Below, piece after piece: positions 43,051 to 53,720 of a stretch of 64,000 bases of DNA. This DNA comes from an uncultured Chloroflexia bacterium (GTDB lineage Bacteria > Chloroflexota > Limnocylindria > QHBO01). The stretch is taken from positions 32,001-96,000 of the forward strand of contig CAWHAZ010000007.1 in the NCBI GenBank assembly GCA_963827475.1, written 5' to 3'. Position 1 is the stretch's first letter. Each line of letters begins with the position of its first letter. The notes under the pieces are model-generated. The model saw nothing but the letters and a program-made list of their open reading frames with translations. It did not search any database and was not told the origin of the DNA. Made by a program: the position numbers and the translations under genes.

Positions 43051-44322
43051 CCCTGCCCCTCCTGCTGATCGCGATCCTCCTTCTCTTCCTGCTGCGTGTC
43101 CCGATGGCCTTCGCCATCCTCGGGCCGTCGCTCGTTTACCTCCTGGTGGAGGACTACACCCTCCACCTGGGGGTTCGGACCGTCATGCAGGGCATCAACA
43201 GCTGGCCGCTGCTGGCAGTCCCGCTCTTCATCCTGGTCGGGACGGTGGCGACCCGGACGGAGATCGCCGACCGGCTCTACGAAGCTGCGGTCCTGCTGCT
43301 CGGACCGCTTCGAGCCGGTCTCGCCTACGTGAACATCGCGGTCAGCCTGGGCTTCTCCTGGATGAGCGGGGCCGCCCTGGCCGACGCGGCCGGCATCGGC
43401 TCCATCGAAGTGAACCACATGCGGAAAAAGGGATATCCGGCCGAGTTCTCGGTAGGCCTCAGCGCGAGCTCGGCCCTGATCAGCCCAATCATGCCGCCCA
43501 GCATCCCGGCCGTGGTGTATGCGTCGGTGGCTGCCGTCTCGACCGGTGCGTTATTCGCGGCGGCCGTGATCCCAGCCCTGCTCATGACTCTGTCGCTGGT
43601 GGTGGTGGTCTATCTCTGGGCCCGCCGCCGGCCCGACCTCGTCGGTGACCCCTACAGCTGGAGCGCGGTCCGACGGTCGCTCCTGCGCGCGCTCCCGGCG
43701 CTGGGTGCCCCAGTTCTCATCCTCGGCGGCATCCTCGAGCGGCATTTTCACGCCCACCGAGGCCGCCGGCATCGCCGCCCTGTATATGCTCCTGCTGGCG
43801 TTCTCCTACCGGTCGGTGACGGTCCGTGACACGGCGCTCATCTTCCGCGACACGGCGGTGATCACCGGTCAGATCATGCTCATCATCGGCGCGTCTGCCC
43901 TCCTAAGCTGGATCCTGGCCCGGGAGCAGGTGCCGCAGACTGTGGCCACCGGACTGCTGGAGCTGACCGACAACCCGGTCGTCTTCCTGCTCATCGTGAA
44001 CGTCCTGCTGCTCGTCTGCGGGATGATCCTCGAGCCGACGTCGGCGCTGCTGATCATCACACCCATCCTGTTGCCGATCGCGGTCCAGTACGGGATCGAC
44101 CCCGTGCACCTCGGGTCGATCATCATCTTCAACCTGATGATCGGACTGTTGACCCCGCCGATGGGCGGAGTGGCCTTCGTGCTGAGCTCGGTGACCGGCA
44201 TCCCGGTGGAGCGTGTCTTCCGGGGCGCCGCGATGTACCTCCCGGCGATGATCATCGTCCTGCTGCTGATCACGTACATCCCGGCCCTCACCCTGTGGCT
44301 GCCGGAAGCTCTGGGACTCTGA
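43047..44322 (+). CDS. dctM: TRAP transporter large permease (frameshift near 43740)
   Basis: LLAVPLFIL, MSGAALADAA, IMPPSIP, FTPTEAA, GIDPVH, GLLTPPMG. Confidence 0.93.
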
Positions 44323-44336
44323 GCGACGAAGACGAC

Positions 44337-45077
44337 ATGTCCGTCCTCGAGAAGACCAGCGAACTGATCGACTGCCTCGGCCGGGCCGGGGAGCCGGTGA
44401 CGCTGACGTACGTTCGCTCCGCACTCGGGATGCCGAAGTCGTCGACGCATCGACTGCTGGCCGATCTCGCCGGCCTCGGCATCGTCCGGCGAACCGACGA
44501 TGGTCGGTACTCGCTCGGGCCCCGGCTGCTGTACTGGGGCGAGGCCGCCGCCGACACCTTCGAGATGCGCGATGTGGCCGAGCAGCCCATGCGCCGACTG
44601 CGGGATGAGCTGGGCGAGAGCGTTCACCTCTACGTCCGGGAGCACGACACGCGCATCTGCATCGCCGCGGTCGAGGCACGGCACGAGCTCCGTCCGTTCA
44701 TCCAGCTGGGCCGGCCGCTGCCGCTCCGTGCCGGCGCCGCGGGGAAGCTCCTGCTCGCCTTTGCCGATCAGGAGGTCCAGGATCTCGAGCTGGCCAGGGC
44801 GCTCGAGGACGCCTCGACCATGCCCAACGCCCCCGGCAGCCAGTTGGGCGCTCAGCTGGAGGAGATCCGCATGAGCCGATGGGCCACGTCGGTTGGGGAG
44901 CGTGAGGAGGGCGTCTCCGCCGTGGCGACACCGATCGTCGACTCGCGCGACCATGTCGTGGCCGCCCTCTCCATTTCGGCGCCCACGACGCGGCTCGGGT
45001 CCGACCGGTTCGAGGACATGCGGCGCCCGCTGGTCGAGAGCGCGGCCGAGGTGAGCGCCCTCCTCAGGCGCGGCTGA
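44337..45077 (+). CDS. IclR family regulator
   Basis: HTH LGMPKSSTHRLL, ESVHLYV, GAAGKLLLAF, EREEGVSAVA, ALSISAP. Confidence 0.93.
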   Translation: MSVLEKTSELIDCLGRAGEPVTLTYVRSALGMPKSSTHRLLADLAGLGIVRRTDDGRYSLGPRLLYWGEAAADTFEMRDVAEQPMRRLRDELGESVHLYVREHDTRICIAAVEARHELRPFIQLGRPLPLRAGAAGKLLLAFADQEVQDLELARALEDASTMPNAPGSQLGAQLEEIRMSRWATSVGEREEGVSAVATPIVDSRDHVVAALSISAPTTRLGSDRFEDMRRPLVESAAEVSALLRRG

Positions 45078-45867
45078 GCGAGCCCACCGCCGCGTCGTCG
45101 TCGGCTGGCGGAGCGCCTCTCGGCGTCGGTGTCCAGCCCTGCGCGGCGCTGATCTCGTCCGCCGCCGCCGACAGGAGCGGTCGGAGGTCCACCAGGCGCT
45201 CGGCGGTGAGCCGGCCGGTTGGCCCGGAGATCGCGAGCGCGGCGTGGACGGCGCCAGCGACGTTCCGAATGGGGACCGCGGCCGCGGCCAGTCCCTCCTC
45301 GCGTTCTCCGAATGACATCGACCACCCGGTGGCGCGGATCTCCTCGAGCTGGGCCGTCAGCTCGTCCAGCCCCGGTGCGCGCGGTGAAATCGGTGCCCGG
45401 GCGACGCGGCGAAGCTCGATGGCCTGGGTCCCCGGGTCGGCGAACGCGAGCAGCAGCTTGCCGGATGCCCCGGCCGACAGGGGGAGCGGCTTGCCCACCT
45501 CGGTGAAATGGCGGAGCTCGTAGTTGCCTTCGACGGCCGCCACGCACACCCGCCGATCGCGCTGGCGCACGTAGAGGTGGACGCTTTCCCCTTCCGCGTC
45601 ACGGAGACGAACCATGGATGCCTTCGAGATCCGGACGATGTCGTTGACGCCGCTCGCGACGTCGCCCCACCGCGTCAGCCGCGGTCCCGGCACGTAGTTC
45701 GCCGTCCCCACCCGGAAGAGCAGGCCGAGCCTGACCAGCTCCGAGAGCAGCCGATGCGTCGACGACCGCGGCTGGCCCAGGCGCTGGGCGATCGAGGTGA
45801 GCGTCGCTTCGTCGGGCGCGTCCGCGACCAGGTCCAGGATCTCCGTGGCCTTGGCAAGGACCGACAT
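45064..45867 (-). CDS. IclR family regulator (paralog of 44337-45077)
   Basis: LGQPRSSTHRLL, ESVHLYV, GASGKLLLAF, EREEGLAAAA, ALAISGP. Confidence 0.93.
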   Translation of the reverse strand: MSVLAKATEILDLVADAPDEATLTSIAQRLGQPRSSTHRLLSELVRLGLLFRVGTANYVPGPRLTRWGDVASGVNDIVRISKASMVRLRDAEGESVHLYVRQRDRRVCVAAVEGNYELRHFTEVGKPLPLSAGASGKLLLAFADPGTQAIELRRVARAPISPRAPGLDELTAQLEEIRATGWSMSFGEREEGLAAAAVPIRNVAGAVHAALAISGPTGRLTAERLVDLRPLLSAAADEISAAQGWTPTPRGAPPADDDAAVGSLSRA

Positions 45868-47274
45868 CAGCTGACCGGCGTTCCGTAGAACTCGCCGAAC
45901 AGCTCCTGCTCCGACGGCCGGTCCTCGGCGATGGGCCGGCTCACCCAGGTCGTGTTCATGTAGTGCTTGAGATGGATGTTCTCCGAGGTGATGTTCCCGC
46001 CCCAGGTGCCGCAGCCCAGGCTGGACGTCATGGGCATGCCATTGGTGAATGCCCCCGCATTCGCCTTCGACTGCGGCTGGCGAACCATGATTCGGCTCAC
46101 CGGCGCCAGGCGGGCCAGGCGATCGATGTGATCGTCGTCGAACGAGTAGATGCCGCAGGAATGGCCCTTGCCGCCGACCTCGTAGATGGCCTCCACCATC
46201 TCGAGGGCCTGGTCGAACCCCGCATAGCGGTACATCGACAGGACCACGCTCAGCTTCTCGGAGCTGAACGGGTGCTCCCTGCCGATCTCCGTCTGCTCAA
46301 CCACGAGGAACCTGACCTCGCGTCCAATCTCGAATCCGGCCTTCTCGGCCAGCGCCTGGGGTGAGATGGCGATGGTGTCCGGCGTGCGCCGGCCGTCGTC
46401 GTGCCACAGCACCGCGCGCAGCTGGTTCGCCTCCTCGGGCGTGACGACACGGCCCCCCTCTGCCTCCAGGGCGGCGCGCAGCGCGTCGTAGACCGTCTCC
46501 TCGACGACGAGGTTGCCGTCCGCCGAGCATCCGGACCCGAAGTCGGAGGTCTTGCTGATTCGCGTGTTGCGGGCCGCATCGGCGACATCGGCCGTCTCGT
46601 CGATGACCATGGTCGAGTTGCCGGCGCCGACGCCGTAGGCCGGCGTGCCCGAGCTGTACGCGGCCTTCACCATGTCGCGCCCGCCGGTGGCCTGGACCAT
46701 GTCCGCCTGGCTCATGAGGTACTGGGCGGTGGGAATGCTCGGCCGCTCGATGCACCCGATGAGATCCACGGGGGCATCGACGCGCGCCAGCGCGCGACGC
46801 ATGATCTCGACGGTCTCGCGGGTCGTCCGCTGGCTGCGGGGGTGGGGCGAGAAGATGACCGCATCCCGACACTTGATGGCAAAGAGACCCGACGCCAGGC
46901 GGCGTCAGCTCCGGGTTCGTGGTCGGCACCAATGAGGCGACCAGCCCGACGGGCTTGGCGTACTTGACGATGCCCTTCTCGGGGAGCTCCTCGATCACCC
47001 CGACGCTCTTCTGGCGAAGGACGTCGCGGAGGATGCCCATGACCTTGAACCGCTTCGCCACGCGGCTCTCCGGGTCGCCGATGCCACTCTCCTCCACGCC
47101 CATGTGGGCGAGCCGGGTGAACGTGGTCTCGTTGGCGACCGCCCAGGCGACCGCCTGGCAAACGCGGTCCACGTCCTCCTGGGTCGCACCCTCGAACGAT
47201 CGGAGCGCGGCGCGCCCACGAGCGACGAGCTCGTCGACGTGGTCTGTTTCTTCAGGTGTGATCGTTCGCGGCAT
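45867..47274 (-). CDS. CoA-acylating aldehyde dehydrogenase (SauS/EutE-like; frameshift near 46890)
   Basis: KPVGLVASLVPTTNP, ATGG..MVKAAYSSGTPAYGVGAGN, SKTSDFGSGCS, EKLS, GHSCGI, LGCGTWGGNITSEN. Confidence 0.88.
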
Positions 47275-47339
47275 GAGTTCTCCGGATGGGTTGTTGGACG
47301 GGCCGGGAGGCTACACTTGGCATCTGTTCGAACCCAATC

Positions 47340-47378
47340 ATGTCCGTCATGATGGACTCGACTATCCAGTATGTGGAA
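47340..47378. promoter_or_regulatory. Putative IclR operator(s) between divergent ALDH and ThDP-enzyme genes
   Basis: Minus strand GTCCA-TCATGA-CGGAC (47357-47342) and TCCAGTATGTGGAA (47365-47378). Confidence 0.55.
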
Positions 47379-47433
47379 GTGTACCGACATCGGCTGCGGC
47401 GCGATGCGGGCTGACCGCCCAGGGAGGTAGGAG

Positions 47434-49137
47434 ATGAAGCCGACCGTGGCCGACCACATCGCGTCGTTCCTGGCGGACCGTGGCGTCGATCGCGTGTTCG
47501 GCCTCTGCGGTCACACGAACATCTCCCTCATCGCGGCTCTCGAGCGTCACGGATCCGTGCGCTTCGTCACCACAAGGCACGAGCAGGTGGCCGCCCATGC
47601 CGCGGACGGGTACGCCCGCGTGTCGGGACGACCCGGCGTCGTCCTGCTCCACGTGGGTCCGGGCATCACGAACGCGACGACCGGCGTCGCAACAGCCGCC
47701 TTCGACTCGGTGCCGCTCCTCGTCATCGCCGGAGATGTGCCGTCCTACTACGAAGGGCGCGGACCACACCAGGAGTTCAACCTCCGCCGGGACGCGGACC
47801 AGACCTCGGTGTACGAACCGTTCGTGAAACGGGCGTGGCGCGCTCGCCGCGCTGACCAGGTTCCCCGCATCCTCGCGCGCGCCTGGGACATCGCGATCGC
47901 GGGGCGCCCGGGCCCGGTCCTCGTCTCGGTCCCCATGGACGTCCTCGCCGAGGCCCTCGATGCCGAGGTCCTCCCTGCTACCCGCGTGCTCCCACCTGCG
48001 CTGACTCCGGCGACCGCCCACGCCGTGGCCCAGGAGCTGCGCCATGCCGAGCGGCCGCTGATTCTGGCCGGCGGCGGGACACGGCGTGCCGCCGTGGAGG
48101 TCCAGGAACTGGCCGAACGAACCGGGGCGCCAGTGGCCCACACCCTGATGGGAACCGGGGTCCTCCCGCCGGACCATCCACAGCTGGCCGGGATGATCGG
48201 TTTCTGGGGGTTGCCGACGGCCAACCGGCTGGCGCGGGAGGCCGACGTCATCTTGGCGGTCGGGACGCGCTTCCCCGAAACCGACAGCAGCAGCTGGGAG
48301 GCCGGGGTCACGTTCCAGATTCCCCCGACCCGTCTGCTGCATGTGGATCTCGACCCGCACGAGCCGGGGCGCAACTACCCCGCCTTCATCGCCGCCACCG
48401 CCGACGCCGCGCAGGCGCTGCGCGCAATCGCCGACGCCTACGGAGACCCGACGCCCGAGCGCGGATACGACTGGGCGGGCCTCCGCCGCGAGCGCGACGC
48501 CTTCCTCGCGCCCAGCCGCGAAAACGCCACCTCGGACGATTTCCCGCTCCTCCCCGAGCGAATCCTCGCCGACGTCCGGCGCGCCGTGCCCGACGCGATC
48601 CTGGTCACGGACGTGGGCTGGAATAAGAACGGTGTGGGTCAGCAGTACCCGGTGGATACACCGGACTCGTTCCTCACCCCCGGCGGCTTCTCCACGATGG
48701 GGTTCGGCCCTGCGGCTGTCCTGGGCGTGGCATCGGCCTCGACCAGGCCGCCCATCGCACTGGTCGGCGACGGCGCCTTCGGCTCGAATCCCAGTGTCGT
48801 GGCGACCGCCGTGGAAATGGGCGTGCGCCCGATATGGGTGGTCATGAACAACTCCGCCTTCGGCACCATCGCGGGCCTCCAGCGAAAGCACTATGGCACC
48901 GGCTACGGGTGCGAGTTCGAGGCCGATGGGGCCCCGTACACCGTGGACTTCGCCGCGATGGCCCGCGCCTTTGGAGCCGAGGGCATCGCCATCGGCAGCG
49001 CGGCCGAGCTCGAGCCGGCACTTCGCGGGGCCTTGCAATCCACACGGCCGGTCGTGGTGGACATCCCCATGCGGAATACGCCGGTGCTGACGCCAGGCGA
49101 ATGGGACATCGAACGGATCTACCAGGTGGCCCAATGA
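47434..49137 (+). CDS. Thiamine diphosphate-dependent enzyme (acetolactate synthase-like superfamily)
   Basis: FGLCGHTN, RHEQ, GPGITN, RPGPV, TMGFG, ThDP motif GDGAF...MNN. Confidence 0.9.
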   Translation: MKPTVADHIASFLADRGVDRVFGLCGHTNISLIAALERHGSVRFVTTRHEQVAAHAADGYARVSGRPGVVLLHVGPGITNATTGVATAAFDSVPLLVIAGDVPSYYEGRGPHQEFNLRRDADQTSVYEPFVKRAWRARRADQVPRILARAWDIAIAGRPGPVLVSVPMDVLAEALDAEVLPATRVLPPALTPATAHAVAQELRHAERPLILAGGGTRRAAVEVQELAERTGAPVAHTLMGTGVLPPDHPQLAGMIGFWGLPTANRLAREADVILAVGTRFPETDSSSWEAGVTFQIPPTRLLHVDLDPHEPGRNYPAFIAATADAAQALRAIADAYGDPTPERGYDWAGLRRERDAFLAPSRENATSDDFPLLPERILADVRRAVPDAILVTDVGWNKNGVGQQYPVDTPDSFLTPGGFSTMGFGPAAVLGVASASTRPPIALVGDGAFGSNPSVVATAVEMGVRPIWVVMNNSAFGTIAGLQRKHYGTGYGCEFEADGAPYTVDFAAMARAFGAEGIAIGSAAELEPALRGALQSTRPVVVDIPMRNTPVLTPGEWDIERIYQVAQ

Positions 49138-49964
49138 CCGAGCAGCCGACCAGGGCCCATCAGGGAACGGCCGCCGGCAAGGCGCACCGAGCGGAAGCCT
49201 GGTCCACGGCGATCACCGCCACCACGGACGAGCGGGTCTTCGTGCGCGGCGTCGCGCTGGACGAAGCCATCGGCCGCGAGCCCTTCCCGGCCGTGCTCCT
49301 CAGACTGTGGCGCGGTGACGCGCCCACCGAGATGGAAGCGGGCCTCCTCGGCGCCTGCCTGGTGGCATCGATCGATCACGGGCCGCTCGCCCCCTCGGCC
49401 CTGGTGACTCGGACGATTGCGTCCACCCAGGCGACGCCGATGGCCGGATTGGCGGGCGGGGTGCTGGCCTTCGGTGAGCTGCACGGAGCCGTCGTCAGTC
49501 GCGCGATGCGGATCCTGGCCAGCGCACCCGCCGAGGGAGCGCTGGACCAGTGGGCCGACGAGGTCTTCGAGGCCGAGCGGGCCGCGGGGCGACGGATCCC
49601 CGGCGTCGGTCACCGCTGGCACCGACACGATCTTCGGGTGGAGCGGCTCCTCGAGGTCGCCTCAGGCGTGTCCGACAGCAACCACGAGGCCGCCATTCGC
49701 GCCCTCGCCGCGCGGGTGAGTACGCACACCGGCAATCCAACCCCGGTGAACATCGACGGGGCGCTGGCGGTGGCACTGACCCGCCTCCGATTGGATCCGA
49801 TCTATGGCGACTTCCTGTTCGCCATCGCGAGGAGCTTCGGCCTCGCAGCCCATTTCGTGGAGGAGCAGGCCCGGCAGCGGCCAATGCGGACGATCGATCC
49901 CACGGCGGCGGAATACGACGGCGCGCCGCTTCCCGCGGTCGAGCCAGAGGAGGCAGGTGCATGA
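49134..49964 (+). CDS. Citryl-CoA lyase-like / citrate synthase family protein
   Basis: IDHG, LHG, PGVGHR, NIDG, ARSFGL. ATGA overlap with the upstream gene. Confidence 0.82.
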   Translation: MTEQPTRAHQGTAAGKAHRAEAWSTAITATTDERVFVRGVALDEAIGREPFPAVLLRLWRGDAPTEMEAGLLGACLVASIDHGPLAPSALVTRTIASTQATPMAGLAGGVLAFGELHGAVVSRAMRILASAPAEGALDQWADEVFEAERAAGRRIPGVGHRWHRHDLRVERLLEVASGVSDSNHEAAIRALAARVSTHTGNPTPVNIDGALAVALTRLRLDPIYGDFLFAIARSFGLAAHFVEEQARQRPMRTIDPTAAEYDGAPLPAVEPEEAGA

Positions 49965-50332
49965 AGGTCCGATTGATCTCGCCGTTCCTCGATGGCGAGC
50001 AGATCTGGATTGGTCTCGACGAGCCCGGCATGCGGCGCAAGGCGTTCAGGTTCGTCTCGCCCGATATCGGCTCGGAGGAGTTCATGGCCGGCATCACCCT
50101 GTTCGAGCCGGGGGAGGCGAGCTCGTATCACGTCCACCCTGACTCCGAGGAGATCAACCTCGTGCTCGAGGGATCCGGCATCCTCGTGTCGGAGGAAGAG
50201 GAGGTCGCGTTCGAGGCCGGCCAGGCAATGTGGGTTCCGAGGGGCGTCCACCATCAGCACCGGAATACCGGCTCGAGCTCGCTGAAGCTGTTCTGGGTGT
50301 ATTCGCCTCAAGCGCCCCTCCCCAGCACCTAG
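49961..50332 (+). CDS. Cupin domain protein
   Basis: HVHPDSEE...G.G and PRGVHHQHRNTG cupin motifs. Confidence 0.9.
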   Translation: MKVRLISPFLDGEQIWIGLDEPGMRRKAFRFVSPDIGSEEFMAGITLFEPGEASSYHVHPDSEEINLVLEGSGILVSEEEEVAFEAGQAMWVPRGVHHQHRNTGSSSLKLFWVYSPQAPLPST

Positions 50333-50349
50333 GGCCGCCTGGCGCTCGG

Positions 50350-50850
50350 TCAGCCGAACGTGACGCCGTGCTCCTCGATCAGCGCAGGGATGCTGCTCGG
50401 ATCGGTCTCGAGCCCATAGCGTTCTCGAATCTCGGCCAGCGCTTCCTGGGGCGGCCGTCCGCCGCCGAAGAGGGCAACCAGCTCCTCGAAGTACCGCTCG
50501 AAGCCGGCCGGGGAAATGATCTCGAGCACCCTGGCTTCCGCGTCGCCCGCGTTCCAGAACGTGTGCCATTCGTTCCGCGGCTTGACGATCAGGTCGCCTG
50601 GCTCGCCGACCACCACCCGGTCACCGAGTTTGGCCCCGACTCGTCCCTCCAGGATGAAGCTGTACTCGTCCTCGCGGGTGTGCCGATGCAAAGGTGCAGC
50701 CAACGCGCGCGGGGCGAGGGGATGCTCGACAACGGCGAACCCTCCGCCTGACGCGTCACCGCCGATCAGGAAGCGGACCCCGAGACCACCGATGCTCCCA
50801 CCCGGACCCTCGCCTGATCCAACGACCCGGCCCTGGCCGGCCTCCATCAC
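50350..50850 (-). CDS. Cupin domain protein (quercetin dioxygenase-like)
   Basis: PLHRHTREDEYSFILEG, PRNEWHTFWN, SPAGFERYF. Confidence 0.88.
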   Translation of the reverse strand: MMEAGQGRVVGSGEGPGGSIGGLGVRFLIGGDASGGGFAVVEHPLAPRALAAPLHRHTREDEYSFILEGRVGAKLGDRVVVGEPGDLIVKPRNEWHTFWNAGDAEARVLEIISPAGFERYFEELVALFGGGRPPQEALAEIRERYGLETDPSSIPALIEEHGVTFG

Positions 50851-50856
50851 CTGCCC

Positions 50857-53605
50857 TCAGGCTGGCTGCGGCGCCTGCTCGACGAGTGCCTCTTCCTCCT
50901 CGACGTCCCAGATCCGCTTGCGGACCTCGGAGACCGGGATGATGAGCAGTCCGACCACGATGCAGACGGCCCATTGCTCGAGCGTCAGGCCAGTCGTGTC
51001 GAGGACGCGGTTGAGGAAGTCCAGCTCGGCCATGAGGATGATCGTCACGATCGAGGCGAGGGAGCCCAGGAAGAACGGCCGGTCGCCCAGGAGATCGATG
51101 CTCAACGCCGACTTCCGCTCGTCCTTGGTGGCCAGCGAGAACGCGACGTTGGAAAGGCTGAACACGACCATGCCCATCGTGCGGGACACCTCGTCGTTGA
51201 ACTCATTGGCTGCCCAGGCATTGACCGCGAGCGTCCCGCCGCCCATCACCAGGCCCGCGATGGCGAGCCATGCCAGGAGCTTCCGCGAGAGAAGAGGCTC
51301 GTTGGACGGCCGTGGCTTGCGCTCCATGAGCCCCTCGGCCGGCTTGCCGTAGCCGAGGCCGATTGCCTGGAAGATCTGGATCGTGAAGTTCATGAACAGG
51401 GTCTGGAGCGGCACGAAGGGGACGCCGCCGAGGACGTTGAGGATGGACGACCCCAGGAACAGGGTGATGTAGCCGATCAGGACGCCGATCTGGAAGCGGA
51501 TGTACTTCTTCAGGTTGTCGTAGAGGCCACGGCCGAGCTCGACCGCGTTCACGATCGTGGCGAAGTTGTCATCGGTCAGGATCATGTTGGCGGCCTCTTT
51601 CGAGACCTCGGTGCCGGTGATGCCCATCGCCACGCCGATGTCGGCGCGCTTCAGGGCCGGGGCGTCGTTCACGCCATCGCCGGTCATGGCCACGATGTGG
51701 CCCTTCTTGCGCAGGAGGTCGACGAGGTGGACTTTGTCCTCCGGCGCGACGCGGGCGATGACCCCGATGCCGTCGAGCTCGCGCAGGGCCTCGTCCTCGG
51801 GCATGGCCCGGAACTCGGCGCCGGTGATCGCCCGGCCGCGGATGCCCAGCTCCTGGGCGATGGCCTCGGCGGTCACGGCGTGGTCGCCGGTGATCATTCG
51901 GACCTGCATGCCCGCGTCGTGCGCCTCGGCAATCGACTTCTTGGCCGATGGTCGCGGGGGATCGACGATGCCAATGAGGGCGAGCAGGGTCATGCCGTCG
52001 AGCAAGGGCAGCAGGTCTGCATTGGGATCGAAGGTGGCGGGGTCGAAGTCCTTGCGGCCGGTGGCAAGGACCCGCAGCCCTTTTCCGCCGAGCCGCAGGT
52101 TTTCCGCGTTGACCCGCTCGCGGATCTCGTCGTCCACCGCGGTGGTCGAGGCCAGGTCCGGGGTGATGACGTTGGCGCCGCGCTTCAGCAGCTGGTCGGG
52201 CGCCCCCTTCACGAAGCAGCGGACCACGTCTTTCCCGGACTCGTCGGGCATGCGGTGGAAGGTCGCCATCATCTTGTACTCGGAGTCGAACGGCAGGGTC
52301 GCGACCCGTGGGTACTGCTCGCGGGTCGCGCTGGGTGCTGAGGCCACCTTTCTCGGCCAGGACCACGAGGGCCGCCTCGGTCGGGTCTCCGATGATCTCG
52401 CCGTCCTTCACCACCGCGTCCGAGGCGAGCAGGCCGGGGAGCAGGAAGGCGTCCAGCGGGACGTCCGAGTCCCCGCCGACGCGCTCGATCTTGCCGTCGA
52501 AGCCGTATCCGGTGCCGCTGACCGTGTGCCGGCGACCGGGGATGCTCAGCTCGACGGCCGTCATCTCGTTCAGGGTCAGGGTGCCGGTCTTGTCCGAGTT
52601 GATGGCGGAGGTCGAGCCGAGGGTTTCGACCGAGCGCAGCTGCTTCACGATCGCATGCGCCTTGGCCAGGGTCTGGCTGCCGTAGGACAGGATGGTGGTG
52701 ATGACCGCCGGCAGACCGGTGGGGATGGCCGACACGGCGAAGGCGATGGCCGTCACGAACAAGACGTCGAACGTCTGGCCGTGCACGAAGTAGCCGATGG
52801 AAATGGAGGCGACCAGGGCCAGGCCGGCGATGACCAGCAGCTGCTGGGTGAGGACGTTGATCTGCCGGGTGAGCGGCGTCGCCTCTTCCTCAGATGCCTG
52901 GAGCATGCCGGAGATGTGTCCGACCTCGGTGCTCATGCCGGTGGCGACCACGATCATCTCTCCCGCGCCGCGGGTGACGTTGGTGTTCATGAACGCCATG
53001 TTGGTGCGGTCGCCGAGCGGGGCATCCTCCGCCACGGGGTCCAGCTGCTTGGGCACCGGCAGGCTCTCGCCGGTCAGCGCGGCCTCGTCGATCTCGACCG
53101 TGGCGGCCTTCAGGATCCGCCCGTCGGCGGTGACCACGTCACCCGCCTCGAAGGCCACGATGTCGCCGGGCACGAGCTCCTCGGCCGGGATCTGCTCGAG
53201 CTGGCCGTCACGCCGGACGCGGGCCTTGACGACCATCATCTGCTGCAGCGCGGCGACGGCCGCTGCCGCCTTGCCCTCCTGGCTGAGGCCGAGGTAGGCG
53301 TTGAAGACCGTCAGCAGGATCAGCATCACGCCGGTTGGCACCTGGCGCACGACGACGATGCTCGCGATTCCGGCCACCAGCAGGACGATCTGCATGATGT
53401 CGGCGTACTGGCGGAGGAATGCGTGCCAGCGCGACTCCGTCTCCTGCTCGGTGAACTTGTTCGGCCCGACCTTCGCCCGCCGAGCGGTGACCTCGGAGGC
53501 GCTCAGGCCGGATTCGGCCGTCACGCCCTGGGCGGCGAGCGCATCGGCGGCTGAGAGGGTGTGCCAGGCCTGGGCCGAGCCTGAGGTCGGGGCGGGATCG
53601 GACAA
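50857..53605 (-). CDS. Cation-transporting P-type ATPase (type II; frameshift near 52340)
   Basis: LTGES, SDKTGTLT, KGAP, MITGDH, TGDGVNDAPALK. TM4 reads IPTGL. Confidence 0.93.
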
Positions 53606-53720
53606 CAGAGGTCTCCTCGGCGACGGGGCTATCGGGCTTCGCAGCATAGGCTTCCTGCCCGGTGGGAGCAATAATGATCCGCCCGCTGGGGCATCCCGGA
53701 TCCGCCCAGGAGGAGAGCCC

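Noticed and set aside
47434-49137. Calling the ThDP enzyme ilvB or xsc
   Set aside because: No ilvN/ilvC or pta/sulfite-export genes are nearby, and the motifs support only superfamily-level assignment.
36952-50850. tRNA-anchored genomic island or integrative element
   Set aside because: I found no integrase or transposase and no direct repeat of the tRNA 3' end downstream.
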